Source: Ktedonobacteraceae bacterium (GTDB lineage Bacteria > Chloroflexota > Ktedonobacteria > Ktedonobacterales > Ktedonobacteraceae). From it: DNA of 64,000 nt. The stretch covers positions 32,958-96,957 of the forward strand of contig DATGLE010000066.1 of NCBI GenBank assembly GCA_035294325.1, written 5' to 3'. The notes beneath the pieces were generated by a model. The model was given only the letters and a program-made list of their open reading frames with translations. It did no database searches and was not told the origin of the DNA. The translations under genes and the position numbers were made by a program. Shown here one piece after another: positions 39,749 to 50,425 of the stretch (position 1 is its first letter; the number at the start of each line of letters is the position of its first letter).

Positions 39749-41509
39749 ATGGATAAAAACCAGGTCGCTCAAATGCTAGAAGAAATCGCTGTGCTGCTAG
39801 AATTAAAGGAAGGCAGCAACATATATGAAGTGCGTGCCTATGACAACGCCGCTCGTACTATCGGCGCGCTCGACGGCGACATCGTAGAGATGGCGCACGA
39901 AGGCAGGCTCAAAGGCGTGCCGGGACTGGGATCAACGATTATCAAGCGCATCGAGGAGGCCGTAGACAGCGGGCATATCGAATTTCTCGATGAACTGCGG
40001 GCAAACACGCCCTCTATCAAGCTCGCCATGATGCGTATTCCTGGCGTCGGGCCAAAAAAGATCAATGCCATCTACAATCAACTGCACGTCACAAGCATAG
40101 ACGAACTGGAGCAGGCGTGCAAAGATGATCGCGTCGCACGCCTGCCCGGCTTTGGCAAGAAAACCCAGGACAAGATTCTGCAAGGCATCGCCTTCCTCGC
40201 GCAGCATGCTGACCGCGTACTGTACCCGCTGGCGGAGCGGGAATCCGAACGGCTGTGCGCCGCGCTGGCGACGCTGCCGGAGATTGTGCGCTTGCAAGTG
40301 GGAGGGAGCATACGGCGGCGGCGCGAAACGGTCAAGGATATCGATATCGTGGCAAGCGTTGACGACCAGGCCAGCAGCGAGGTGCGGAACGCGATCATGG
40401 ATTTCTTCACCGGACGGCCCGAGGTGCGCTCCATCACGGGCAAGGGCGAGACCAAAGCGAGCGTTGTACTTGGCAGCGGGCTGGCGGCGGACCTGCGCCT
40501 GGTCAACGATAGCCGCTTCCCCTACACGCTGCATCACTTTACCGGCTCACGCGAGCATCATATCGCGCTGCGCCGCCGTGCCCTGAGCATGAACATGACC
40601 ATCAACGACTACGGCCTCTTCAAAGTCAGGGACGGAGAAGAGGAACTTGTTCCGTGCCAGAACGAGGCCGATATCTATGCCGCTCTCGGCATGGCTTACA
40701 TCGAGCCGGAACTGCGTGAAGACATGGGCGAGATCGAGGCGGCCATCCGTGGCACGCTCCCCGTGCTGGTACAGGAAAGCGACCTGCGCGGTGTGCTGCA
40801 TGCCCACACGACGGCCAGTGACGGTCACAACACACTGCGCGAAATGGCCGAGGCATGCCTCGCGCGCGGCTTCTCCTATCTGGGCATTACCGATCATAGC
40901 CAGTCGGTTGCCTATGCGCATGGCCTCTCAGTAGACGACCTGCGCCGCCAGGGCGAGGAGATAGACCGTTTGAACGAGGAGTTCGCCGGGCGCTTTCGCA
41001 TCCTCAAGGGCACCGAGTGCGACATTATGCGCGATGGCTCACTCGACTACGATGACAGCGTGCTCGCGGAACTGGATTTTGTGATCGCCTCTATCCACAG
41101 CAACTTCAACCTCCCGCCGCAGGAGCAGACGCAGCGCATGCTGCGCGCCATCGCCAATCCCTACGTCGATATCATCGGGCACCCCACAGGGCGCCTCCTG
41201 CTCGAACGCGAAGGCTATAAGCTGGATATGGAGGCAGTGATCGAGGCTGCCAGCGTTCGCGGGACCTGCATCGAGATCAACGCGAATCCGTCGCGGCTGG
41301 ACCTGGACTGGCGGCTTGTGCACCGGGCACGCGAAAAAGGCGTCAAGATCCCCATCTGCCCGGATGCTCACACGCTTGCAGGTTTGGACGATATGCGTTA
41401 TGGTATAGGAGTCGCCCGCAAAGGCTGGTTACGAGCCGGGGACGTGCTTAATACCATGGATGCGGAGGCACTGTTAACCTTCTTTCGACAACGACGGCAT
41501 AAAGTGTAG
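39749..41509 (+). CDS. polX: family-X DNA polymerase with C-terminal PHP (3'-5' exonuclease) domain
   Basis: N-terminal lyase domain (MLEEIAVLLELKEG..YEVRAYDNAA), the GIGxK HhH motifs, the palm VGGSIRRRRETVKDIDIV, and PHP His motifs (HAHTTASDGH). Confidence 0.9.
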   Translation: MDKNQVAQMLEEIAVLLELKEGSNIYEVRAYDNAARTIGALDGDIVEMAHEGRLKGVPGLGSTIIKRIEEAVDSGHIEFLDELRANTPSIKLAMMRIPGVGPKKINAIYNQLHVTSIDELEQACKDDRVARLPGFGKKTQDKILQGIAFLAQHADRVLYPLAERESERLCAALATLPEIVRLQVGGSIRRRRETVKDIDIVASVDDQASSEVRNAIMDFFTGRPEVRSITGKGETKASVVLGSGLAADLRLVNDSRFPYTLHHFTGSREHHIALRRRALSMNMTINDYGLFKVRDGEEELVPCQNEADIYAALGMAYIEPELREDMGEIEAAIRGTLPVLVQESDLRGVLHAHTTASDGHNTLREMAEACLARGFSYLGITDHSQSVAYAHGLSVDDLRRQGEEIDRLNEEFAGRFRILKGTECDIMRDGSLDYDDSVLAELDFVIASIHSNFNLPPQEQTQRMLRAIANPYVDIIGHPTGRLLLEREGYKLDMEAVIEAASVRGTCIEINANPSRLDLDWRLVHRAREKGVKIPICPDAHTLAGLDDMRYGIGVARKGWLRAGDVLNTMDAEALLTFFRQRRHKV

Positions 41510-41575
41510 GGGCGCTGCGCGCGCTGCCGCGCTCGCAAGCCCGCCTGCCTGATAATATAGTAGAGAGGAAGTAAC

Positions 41576-42229
41576 ATGGCAAATAGAGTAGAACTGGAAA
41601 TCGCTCCCCGCACAGTGATGGGGAAAGCAGTGAAGCGCCTGCGGAAAGATGGCATTATCCCCGCGAATATCTTTGGACACAAGCAGGAGCCGGTAGCGGT
41701 ACAGGTCAAAGAGGCCGAGTACGACCACCTGCGGCGCTCACGCGGCACGAGGGGCATTCTTTCGCTGCATATGCCCGATGCTGCCCCGGAGACGGCATTG
41801 ATCCGTCATGTGCAGCGAGATCCGCGCACAGGCAAGATATTGCACATAGACTTCTTCCGTGTGAGCCTGAGCGAGCGCATCGAGGTGAAGATCCCGCTGC
41901 GTTTTGTCGGCGAGTCGCCGGCGGTAAAGAATGAGGGCGGCGTTCTGCTGCATCTGCTGGATGCGCTGGAAGTAGAGTGCCGTGCAGCGGATATCGTCGA
42001 AGCGCTGGAGGTCGATGTCTCTCCCATTACCCAGATCGACGGGGTAATCTACGCCCGGGAAGTGCAGCTTCCGCCTGATTATACGCTTGTTACCGATCCT
42101 GACGAGCCAGTGGCTAAGGTAGCCGTTACACGGGCCGAGGCCGCCGAGGAGGCTGCCGAGGCAGAGGGCGCGGAAGAGCCGGCCCCGGCTGCTCCCACTA
42201 CGGCTCCGAATACGGAGGAGGAATCGTAG
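41576..42229 (+). CDS. rplY: 50S ribosomal protein L25 / general stress protein Ctc form
   Basis: RTVMGKAVKRLRKDGIIPANIFG plus a C-terminal acidic tail. Confidence 0.9.
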   Translation: MANRVELEIAPRTVMGKAVKRLRKDGIIPANIFGHKQEPVAVQVKEAEYDHLRRSRGTRGILSLHMPDAAPETALIRHVQRDPRTGKILHIDFFRVSLSERIEVKIPLRFVGESPAVKNEGGVLLHLLDALEVECRAADIVEALEVDVSPITQIDGVIYAREVQLPPDYTLVTDPDEPVAKVAVTRAEAAEEAAEAEGAEEPAPAAPTTAPNTEEES

Positions 42230-42397
42230 GCGCGTCGCTGCGTGATGATGAATGTTGCCAATCAAGATCGGTAACACAGGATGCTGGTAGGGGCAGAATT
42301 TATCTGCCCCCTCCTGAAGCCGATCCGCTCCAATCTGGCGGGCGGATAAATCCTGCCCTTACCGAGAATCATTAAGAGAGAGAAGCGAGCGGCAGAC

Positions 42398-43744
42398 ATG
42401 CGCATTATGATTGTGACCGACCAGTATCCCCCGATGCTGGGAGGTGTACCAACGATAACGCACGATCTCGCTATCGATTTTGCGAATCGAGGCCATCAGG
42501 TATGGGTTGCAGCTCCCAGCTATGGCCCTCACAACGTGCGCCGCCTGGAACAGAAAGTGCGCGTATACCGCTTCTCTTCCTTCGAGTGGCCCGCCTATGA
42601 GGGGCTGCGCATCGCTTTTCTGCCCTTCGTCGCGCTGCGTAACCTGCTCAAGAAGAGCGATCCCGACATTATCCACATTCACTCGCCTATCGTGCTGGGC
42701 AACATCGCGCAAATCCTGGCCGGCGGCCTGCGCAAGCCGGTCATCGCTACCAATCACTACATGCCCATCAATATGAACCCGACGCTGCTGTCCGATCCAC
42801 TGATTGGCAAGCCGTTCAGCGATGTGACCTACAGCTACCTGGTGCATTTTTGCAACCGCTGTGAGTATGTGACCGCGCCAACAAAAACGGCGCTTAATCT
42901 GCTCTATGAGCACGGGCTGCGCGCGCCCGCCCGGGCGATCTCTAACGGCATCGATCTGAAGAAGTATTCGCCGGGAGAGCGCGATCCAGAAATCTTGCGG
43001 CGCTTCCACCTGCCCGTAGATCGACCTCTGGCGCTGCATGTGAACCGCCTCAGCCCGGAAAAGCGCGTGGATGTCCTGCTGGACGCTGCTGCCAGGCTAC
43101 AGAGCAACGCATTCATCGCTATAGCCAGCACCGGTCCGGCCGAGGCGCAACTGCACGCTCAGGCCAGGCGCTTGAATCTGGAAGACCGTGTGCGCTTTCT
43201 GGGCTATGTTAATGATGCCGACCTGCTGGCCCTGCGCCGCTCGGCGGACATGTTCGTGATACCATCGGAAGCCGATCTTCAGAGTCTGGCAACGATGGAG
43301 GCCATGGCCTGCGGCCTGCCGGTGATCGCGGCCAACGCCTACGCCTTGCCGGAGCTGGTCCATGCCGGGGAGAATGGCTTTCTGTTCAAGCCCGGCGCTA
43401 GCGATGAACTGGCGCGGCAGATCGACCAGATGGCGAACGACGAAGATATGCGCAGGCGCATGGGAGCGGAGAGCCTCAAGCTTATCACCGGCCATGATCG
43501 TGCGCGAGTATTGGAAGAATGGGAGGAGTTATATCGCCGCCTGGCGATTGAATTTAAGGAGGCGAAAGAGCGCCGCCAGCGCCTGCGCATGGAGCGCAAA
43601 TACCCGGGCCGTTTTCCACGGGATATTCAGCAGCCGGGCCTGCCGCACATCAGGCGCACAGGCGATCTCTCGCCCGATCAGCCAAAAGCCGATGCGACCT
43701 GGCTGCGCGGCCTCATCAATAGGGATTCGCACCCCGCCGATTGA
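42398..43744 (+). CDS. GT4-family glycosyltransferase
   Basis: N-terminus MRIMIVTDQYPPMLGGV and the C-terminal E-x7-E region (EADLQSLATMEAMACGLPVIA). Confidence 0.85.
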   Translation: MRIMIVTDQYPPMLGGVPTITHDLAIDFANRGHQVWVAAPSYGPHNVRRLEQKVRVYRFSSFEWPAYEGLRIAFLPFVALRNLLKKSDPDIIHIHSPIVLGNIAQILAGGLRKPVIATNHYMPINMNPTLLSDPLIGKPFSDVTYSYLVHFCNRCEYVTAPTKTALNLLYEHGLRAPARAISNGIDLKKYSPGERDPEILRRFHLPVDRPLALHVNRLSPEKRVDVLLDAAARLQSNAFIAIASTGPAEAQLHAQARRLNLEDRVRFLGYVNDADLLALRRSADMFVIPSEADLQSLATMEAMACGLPVIAANAYALPELVHAGENGFLFKPGASDELARQIDQMANDEDMRRRMGAESLKLITGHDRARVLEEWEELYRRLAIEFKEAKERRQRLRMERKYPGRFPRDIQQPGLPHIRRTGDLSPDQPKADATWLRGLINRDSHPAD

Positions 43745-44149
43745 TCCAACGACGGTGGAAAAGTCGGGCCAGGCTGCGCTCAATGTCCCAGCGCACCTGA
43801 ATGCTGTGGTAGCGCACCCATGCTGTACAGATCTGCCACCACGAAATCTGCTCCACAGGTGGCTGCTGTGGCCGCTCATGGGGATCACGCGCATAGACCG
43901 GAACGAGCAATCTCACACCGGGCCATCTCCCGTCGAAGAACCCTTTACGTCCACCAGGAGAAGAGGAGGTCACAGAATCAGGCTTCTTTCCTGCATGCAT
44001 GCAGCGCTATGCTCCCTGGAGATACTATGATACATCACACCTCATTACTCGCATAGTTTTAGTATAGACGCTGATTCCCCGTTTGTCCAGAGTACCGCCC
44101 CGGGTGTCGTACCCCTCGCACCCGCGCAGCGGGTCAGAACTCATACTCT

Positions 44150-44258
44150 AAGCGGCGCCAGGGCGATTTAATGCTCGCCAGAAGCGGGGGTCAAGGGGGC
44201 GGCAGCCCCCTTGCGGGGCGGGGGGTGGGGAGAATTACATAGCCCTGGAGCGGCGCTG
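44150..44258. repeat. ~170-bp dispersed repeat element, copy B (same family as 28040-28214)
   Basis: cgatttaatgctcgccagaagcgggggtcaagggggcggcagcccccttgcggggcgggggg...atagccctgg. Followed at 44266-44294 by TTGACA-17-TATACT. Confidence 0.7.
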
Positions 44259-44265
44259 GATTTTG

Positions 44266-44294
44266 TTGACAAGCGACGAGCATTCCAGTATACT
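44266..44294 (+). promoter_or_regulatory. sigma-70-like promoter (TTGACA-17-TATACT) upstream of the KGG stress-protein gene
   Basis: Read directly. Positioned immediately after repeat copy B, in the same relative position as the promoter after copy A. Confidence 0.45.
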
Positions 44295-44440
44295 GCGCAT
44301 CAGTCGACATCATAAGGGCATCTTCTCGCAGATGCCCTATTTTTGGAATCCGGGTAAAAAACCCGCACAGGCGTTTGCTCGTGTTGCAGAGATCGTCAAA
44401 CGCCTCTTATTTTTTTAATGAACCGGGAAAGGGGATAGTT

Positions 44441-44779
44441 ATGTTGAAAGAAGACGAGGAGAAGCCCGTTCCCACACCGCAGGCGGAAGAGGGTAGCAAG
44501 AGGGGAAGGACCATCCGCGCCAGGTATGGCGAAGACTACTTTCACCGCATCGGCACGAAGGGTGGCAACACGCTCAAGGAGAAACGGGGCAGCGAATATT
44601 ACCGCACGATTGCCGAGAAAGGCGGCAAAGCCAATATGAACAAGTACGGCCCAAGCCATTTTTCAGAAATGGGTAAGCGCGGCGGCAATACGACCCGAGA
44701 GCGCCAGGACGCCGACTTTTATCGGCGCATCGGGCAAAAGGGAGGAGAAGCGAGGCGTCGCAAAAAAGAAGGAAAATAG
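44441..44779 (+). CDS. KGG-repeat general stress protein (YciG/GsiB-like)
   Basis: Repeated Y-x-x-IG-x-KGG-x-x and EKRG-x-EYYR units. Highly basic. Confidence 0.6.
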   Translation: MLKEDEEKPVPTPQAEEGSKRGRTIRARYGEDYFHRIGTKGGNTLKEKRGSEYYRTIAEKGGKANMNKYGPSHFSEMGKRGGNTTRERQDADFYRRIGQKGGEARRRKKEGK

Positions 44780-44827
44780 AAGATGCTAAAGAAGCAGCGA
44801 GCTGCGCTCGCTGCTTCTTTAGCATCT

Positions 44828-45865
44828 TCACTGGACTTCTGCCTGTTGAGTTCCCAGTTTTGCCAGCCCTTCGGCGATGGCCGGAGCAACGCCCGTCTCC
44901 GCCGTCTGACGGGCCACGCGTAGAGCATTCTTGATCGCCTTCGCGTTCGAGCGGCCGTGCGCAACGATGGCCGAGCCGTTGATGCCCAGCAGTGGCAGCC
45001 CGCCATATTCAGCATAGTCCAGCCGTTTGAAAACTTTGCGCAGGCTGGGACGCAGCACAGCGGCGGCGAGCTTGTTAATGAGCGAGCCGGTCATCTCGGC
45101 GCGCATCAGTTCGAGAATGGTCTCGGCAAGTCCTTCACTGAGCTTGAGTACGACGTTGCCCAGGAAGCCATCGCAGACGACGACATCCGCGCTGCCCGCC
45201 GGAATATCGTGCCCCTCGACGTTACCAATAAAGTTCAGGCCAAGCGTTGCGGCGTTGGCTTTAAGAAGCTGATGCGTCTCTATCACCTGCTGGTTGCCTT
45301 TGCTCTCTTCCTCTCCGTTCGCCAGCAGGCCGATACGCGGAGCCTGCACATGAAAGAGTCGCTGCATGTAAATAGATCCCATGAGCGCGAACTGGAGCAG
45401 ATATTCGGGCTTGCAATCTGTGTTGGCACCCATATCGATGATGAGGCAGGGCTTGTCTTTGGTAGGAAAGACGAGGCCAAGCGCGGGGCGCTCAACGCCG
45501 GGAATACGCTTGAGCGTGAAGAGCGAGGCCGCCATCATAGCCCCGCTATTGCCCGCCGAGACCGCACCGACAGCAGCGCCATCGCGCACCTGCTGCAAGG
45601 CCAGGATCATCGAGGCGTTTTTCTTGCGGCGCACAGCATTGGCCGGATGCTCGTCCATCTCGATCACCTCGTCGGTGTGGATGATCGGTAGATCAAGCCC
45701 GGCGGTATCATGGCGCGCCAGTTCCGCGCGGATCACATCCTCGCGCCCGACGAGATAGACACCTATGCCATACTCGCGCGCGGCCTGGACGGCTCCCAGC
45801 ACAGTTTCGCCGGGAGCTTTATCGCCGCCCATCGCATCGAGAGCGACACGAATAGAGGCGCTCAT
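44828..45865 (-). CDS. plsX: phosphate acyltransferase PlsX
   Basis: N-terminus IRVALDAMGGDKAP is the PlsX signature. Confidence 0.9.
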   Translation of the reverse strand: MSASIRVALDAMGGDKAPGETVLGAVQAAREYGIGVYLVGREDVIRAELARHDTAGLDLPIIHTDEVIEMDEHPANAVRRKKNASMILALQQVRDGAAVGAVSAGNSGAMMAASLFTLKRIPGVERPALGLVFPTKDKPCLIIDMGANTDCKPEYLLQFALMGSIYMQRLFHVQAPRIGLLANGEEESKGNQQVIETHQLLKANAATLGLNFIGNVEGHDIPAGSADVVVCDGFLGNVVLKLSEGLAETILELMRAEMTGSLINKLAAAVLRPSLRKVFKRLDYAEYGGLPLLGINGSAIVAHGRSNAKAIKNALRVARQTAETGVAPAIAEGLAKLGTQQAEVQ

Positions 45866-46236
45866 GCAGGTTCTCCAATAGTTGTTTTGACCAGTTCGAC
45901 GAGCTTTTCAAGATCGAAGGGCTTATACACGATGTGGGCGACGCCCGCCTCGCGGAACTCTTTCTCCTCGCTGGCTGCACCGAGGAAGGCGGTGACGACG
46001 ATGACCGGGATCTGTTTGTCCACACCCATCGCCATGAGCTTGAGTTCGTCGCGCCCATCCAGGTAGGGCATCATCAGGTCGAGCAACACAAGGTCGGGCT
46101 TATGCTCACGTACAGCGTCGTAGAAGCGCAGGCTCTGCGTCGTCATATACGTTTCATACCCCTCATCGGCCAGCGCCTCGGTTAGCAGGTCAGCGATGGT
46201 CGGATCATCATCCATAATCAGTATCTTTTTCGCCAT
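45862..46236 (-). CDS. single-domain CheY-like response regulator receiver
   Basis: KILIMDDDP ... LDLMMPYLDG ... VVTA...K. 4-bp ATGA overlap with plsX. Confidence 0.8.
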   Translation of the reverse strand: MAKKILIMDDDPTIADLLTEALADEGYETYMTTQSLRFYDAVREHKPDLVLLDLMMPYLDGRDELKLMAMGVDKQIPVIVVTAFLGAASEEKEFREAGVAHIVYKPFDLEKLVELVKTTIGEPA

Positions 46237-46773
46237 ATTACCAGCATTCCCCTCATCTAAAAAGGTGCCGGGGCCACGCCCCTGAAAGTATGCCTATCCT
46301 CGGCGCCTTCCCTCGCGCGCGGCTTCGCCGCACCGGGGATATGGTTTATATGGCAAGACAATGGGCGAAGCGCATTGTCTTGCCATATAAACCATATACA
46401 GCGAGCGCCGCAGGCGCGAGCAGTGATTGGGGCAGCGATCAGGCACACTCTGACAACCCCGATCTTCAAAATGATACAAGCCTATTATAGCATTATGCCA
46501 CACAGAATGTACGGCGAAAAAGGCAGCTCAGGCTCAGAGATAGGACCATAAGGGCTTGACAAGCCCTCATGTTTGTACTACTGTACAGCCGAAGCCGCCG
46601 TTTAGTACAAATATTCAGGGCTGTCGCGCGGCGGAGCCGCGCATGGAATGGAGAGTGTGATACGGAAGGCTGTGCGAAGCGCAACCTTCCGTATCACACT
46701 CTCCATAGAGCAAGCGCCGCAGGCGCGAGCACGCGATGAGATCGGAAATCAGACAACCCATCAGGAAAGAATC

Positions 46774-48768
46774 ATGACGCTTTCTGCTCCTCTCTTCTGC
46801 GACAGGTGCGGCGCGGCAAACCGGGCGCAGGCGCTGTACTGCCGCGTATGTGGGCAGGCGCTTGGCGCCTCCTCTGGAGGAACCAACAGCGTCAGTTCCA
46901 CGCTCACCGGGCTGCTGAACCGCCAGCATGTGCTCAAGCAGCGCTACGTCATTCTCGGCCAGGCGGGACGGGGCGGCTTCGGCGCCGTCTACAAGGCGTC
47001 GGATACCCAGTTCGGCAACCGGCTCGTAGCGATCAAGGAGATGAGCCAGAGCAATCTTGATGCGCAGGAACTGCGGGAGGCGAGCGAGGCATTCAAGCGC
47101 GAGGCGCTTTTGCTCGCTGGCCTGACGCACCCGAACCTGCCGCGCATCTACGAGCAGTTTACCGATAGTGGGCGTTCATATCTGGTGATGGATTTCATCG
47201 AAGGCGAGACGCTGGAGGAGCATCTGACCGGCCTGGCCGGTAAACGGCTCCCGGTTGATCGCGCACTCGATATCGCCCTCCAGCTCTGCTCGGTACTCCA
47301 TTACCTGCATACGCGCCAGCCGCCGATCATCTTTCGCGACCTCAAGCCCGCGAACGTCATGCTCACTCCTGGCGGCCACGCCTATTTGATCGATTTCGGC
47401 ATCGCGCGCCACTTCAAGCCGGGGCAGAGCAAAGATACCACCGCGCTGGGTTCATCGGGCTACGCCGCGCCGGAGCAGTACGGCAAGGCGCAGAGCACGC
47501 CCGCCGCCGATATCTACGCTCTGGGTGCGACGCTGCACCAGTTGCTAAGCGGCGATGATCCCGCAGAAACTCCTTTTCATTTCGCTCCGCTGAACCTGCA
47601 AAACCAGTCCGCGCTGCAAGGGCTGGATACGCTAGTAATGAGTATGGTGAGCGTGAATATCGCGCAGAGGCCGGCCAGCGTTGCCGCCGTGAAGCAGGAG
47701 TTGGAGCGCATTGCCATGCAGTACAGGCTGGGGCAGACGCTGCCACTGCGCAGCGCCGTGCCGAACATCTACCAGGCGCCCGCGCAGCCAGGCGCGAAGC
47801 GAACCCGGCCGGCGGTCTCGCAGATCCAGCCACAGAAGAATACGCTTTTTATTTGCAGCGGCCACAGCAGCCGCATCACGGCGTTAGCATGGTCGCCCGA
47901 CGGCAAGCGCATCGCCTCGGCCGGGTACGATAAGACCGTTCAGTTATGGGACGCTGCCAACGGCAATAAGCTGCTGGCCTACAGGAGACATCTCGGGCAT
48001 GTGAACGCGCTGGCATGGTCGCCCGATAGCAAGCGCATCGCCTCGGCCAGCGCCGATGGCAGCGTTCAATTATGGGAGGCCGATACAGGGAAGCTGCTCC
48101 ACACGTATAGCGAGCACCAGGGACCACTCTACGCCGTGGCATGGTCGCCCGATGGCGAGTACATTGCTTCGGCGGGTGAGGATACCACCGTACAGGTCTG
48201 GCGCGCAAAGACGGGACTGCGCCTGTTTACCTGCCGCAACCACTCCAGCAAGGTCTGCGCCCTGGCGTGGTCGCCCGACGGCAAGCGCATCGCCTCGGCA
48301 GGTGAGGGCCGCAGGATCGAGATCTGGGAGCCGGTCAAGGATCGCCAGCAAAAACGCTCCCTGCTCGGCTCGCTGACGCTCATGCTGGCGCTCAATCGCG
48401 GGCAGATGGTGCTTTCCGGTCACTATAAACGCATCAATGCGCTGGCATGGTCGCCCGATGGCAAACGCGTGGCTTCGGCCAGCAGCGATCACCGCGTGCT
48501 GGTATGGGATCTACTGATGGGCAGGCCAGTATTTCAGGCAGGCGGCTCCGCAACAAAGAATGCGCTGGCATGGTCGCCTGCCAGCACACATCTCGCGGTT
48601 GGCGGCAACGACAAGGCCGTAGAGATCTGGAACACAACGAGCAGGACACTGGCCTCAACCTATCACGGGCATCGTGGTTATGTGATGGCGCTGGCATGGT
48701 CGCCCGACGGGACGCGCCTGGCCTCGGCGGGCGTTGACCGCACCTTGCAGGTGTGGCAGGCGACCTGA
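46774..48768 (+). CDS. Ser/Thr protein kinase with N-terminal zinc ribbon and C-terminal WD40 beta-propeller
   Basis: CDRCGAANRAQALYCRVCG. Kinase motifs GRGGFGAVYKA, AIKEM, HRDLKPANVML and DFGIA. At least 7 WD repeats (ALAWSPDGKRIASAG x several). Confidence 0.85.
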   Translation: MTLSAPLFCDRCGAANRAQALYCRVCGQALGASSGGTNSVSSTLTGLLNRQHVLKQRYVILGQAGRGGFGAVYKASDTQFGNRLVAIKEMSQSNLDAQELREASEAFKREALLLAGLTHPNLPRIYEQFTDSGRSYLVMDFIEGETLEEHLTGLAGKRLPVDRALDIALQLCSVLHYLHTRQPPIIFRDLKPANVMLTPGGHAYLIDFGIARHFKPGQSKDTTALGSSGYAAPEQYGKAQSTPAADIYALGATLHQLLSGDDPAETPFHFAPLNLQNQSALQGLDTLVMSMVSVNIAQRPASVAAVKQELERIAMQYRLGQTLPLRSAVPNIYQAPAQPGAKRTRPAVSQIQPQKNTLFICSGHSSRITALAWSPDGKRIASAGYDKTVQLWDAANGNKLLAYRRHLGHVNALAWSPDSKRIASASADGSVQLWEADTGKLLHTYSEHQGPLYAVAWSPDGEYIASAGEDTTVQVWRAKTGLRLFTCRNHSSKVCALAWSPDGKRIASAGEGRRIEIWEPVKDRQQKRSLLGSLTLMLALNRGQMVLSGHYKRINALAWSPDGKRVASASSDHRVLVWDLLMGRPVFQAGGSATKNALAWSPASTHLAVGGNDKAVEIWNTTSRTLASTYHGHRGYVMALAWSPDGTRLASAGVDRTLQVWQAT

Positions 48769-48866
48769 GCGCAGCCATATCATCCTGAGCGCGACATGTC
48801 ATCCTTCGTTACGCTCTGGATGACATGTCGCGCTCGCGATGATATGCTGTCAAAGGAATATCCCCC

Positions 48867-49643
48867 TCAACCTTTCGTGGCCGTGACTATACGCACAGGC
48901 GGGTAGATCTGGAAGCTGAGGCCGGAGACATGCACGTTCCGCATACCGCAGGCCGCCAGATCTTGCGCATATTGCCTGGTATGCGCGATATCAAGCAGCG
49001 CTACCTGTCCCTGCGGCTTCAAGACGCGCACAATCTCCTGGATTGCCCTGCGCCGCTCCTCGCGATTGGAAATGTTATGGATAGAGAGGCTCGCAACAAC
49101 GGCATCGAAGGCAGCATCTTCAAAGGGCATATGACGCATATCGCCGTCAATCACCTCGACACGATCCGCCACACCCTCGGCCTCCGCATTCGCCAGCGTC
49201 GCCGCCGGGCAGTTGTCGCTCTGATCGGCACTGGACCAGAGATCGATGCCCACGGCGCGACCATGCGGCAGGCGTTTAGCTGCCCCGATGAGCAGGAGAC
49301 CGTGGCCGCAGCCAACATCGAGCACCTTTTCGTCTCCGCGCAGGTGCAGATTATCAAGCAAGCGATCACGCAAACGAAACTTGCCAACAAAGCTGCTCCT
49401 GAACATCAGCAGCGCCGTGGGAATCATCCAGCAGGCGTTGATGAGCGCCAGTATGACGATAATGTTTACAATCACAACAACGAGCAGGCTTGCGTGCGCC
49501 AGCAGCGTATTCCCGACAACGATCAACACCAGCGCCAGCGCCAGCAGCGCTATGCCCCCCCGGAGACATGTCTTGACGAACCCCGGTGCATCCAATCCAT
49601 AGTCTGCTCGTGAGCGCGTCACCATGTTTTTTCCCGCTATCAT
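48867..49643 (-). CDS. class I SAM-dependent methyltransferase with N-terminal membrane helices
   Basis: VLDVGCGHGLL SAM motif I. Two TM helices precede it. Start chosen at MIAGKN, which has a GGAAGTGAGAG RBS. Confidence 0.65.
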   Translation of the reverse strand: MIAGKNMVTRSRADYGLDAPGFVKTCLRGGIALLALALVLIVVGNTLLAHASLLVVVIVNIIVILALINACWMIPTALLMFRSSFVGKFRLRDRLLDNLHLRGDEKVLDVGCGHGLLLIGAAKRLPHGRAVGIDLWSSADQSDNCPAATLANAEAEGVADRVEVIDGDMRHMPFEDAAFDAVVASLSIHNISNREERRRAIQEIVRVLKPQGQVALLDIAHTRQYAQDLAACGMRNVHVSGLSFQIYPPVRIVTATKG

Positions 49644-49944
49644 ATAGCTCTCACTTCCAGGAAAAATGTCTTTTTGATAGGCAAATTTTGTTACTTTAAT
49701 GTTAATATTATGATATCTTTTCGATTTCGTCAAGGCAAACAGCTAAAAATGGTTTATTATCTGGAGGTATTTGATAGGGAGAGAGTGAAATATGATTTTT
49801 TCGAACCCAGATCGGTAAGCATCAGGAAGAACGAGTCAGCCTGTCATGCTTAGCGACAGTGCGGGATCTGCGTATCCAGCCTCCCAGCTCCTGCGCTGTC
49901 GCTGAGCATGACATTGCCGAACGTGTTCGTTACACTATATCATT

Positions 49945-50319
49945 TCAAGCCAGGGGCGCAAGCATCCAGCGCCCGTATACGATAAAGAGCGCCAGCACCA
50001 GCAGCACCACATTTATCGAAACAGGCGAGTATTCCCGCCTGGATGCATGAAAGACGGCGGCGCAAACCATGACCAGCGCGAGGCCAACGGCGGCCGCTAT
50101 CGTCAACCACGGCAGAACATGTGTGAGCGCAGGCAAAATGAGGCCAATTGCTCCCAGCATTTCGCTGACGCCGATAAAGCGTGTCAGCCCCTGCGGAACA
50201 ACTTTCACCCACCCCATCCTTCCGGCCAACCTGTCTAATGGTTGGGTAGCTTTACTGAAACCGGCGAACAGGAATGCCAGGGCTAGCAAAGCCTGGACCA
50301 CCCAGAGCGCAACATTCAT
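49945..50319 (-). CDS. DoxX-family membrane protein
   Basis: 124 aa with 4 TM helices. Strong RBS AAAAGGAGAG. Divergent from an HxlR regulator, which is the canonical pairing. Confidence 0.75.
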   Translation of the reverse strand: MNVALWVVQALLALAFLFAGFSKATQPLDRLAGRMGWVKVVPQGLTRFIGVSEMLGAIGLILPALTHVLPWLTIAAAVGLALVMVCAAVFHASRREYSPVSINVVLLVLALFIVYGRWMLAPLA

Positions 50320-50425
50320 ATGTCTTCTCTCCTTTTTGATTTCCCAAACGATATTTATTTCCTTATCGGAAGCAATTATACATAGGGAAATAAAGGATGT
50401 CAAGAATGGAGGCATATGATATACT

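Noticed and set aside
43362-44030. 222-aa plus-strand ORF running off the end of the GT4 gene
   Set aside because: An out-of-frame overlap with the well-supported GT4 gene that continues into repeat DNA. No motif or RBS.
46648-46773. N-terminal extension of the kinase ORF
   Set aside because: The extension is encoded by the dispersed gcgagcgccgcaggcg repeat. The internal Met at 46774 has an RBS and begins the zinc-ribbon domain, so the start was moved.
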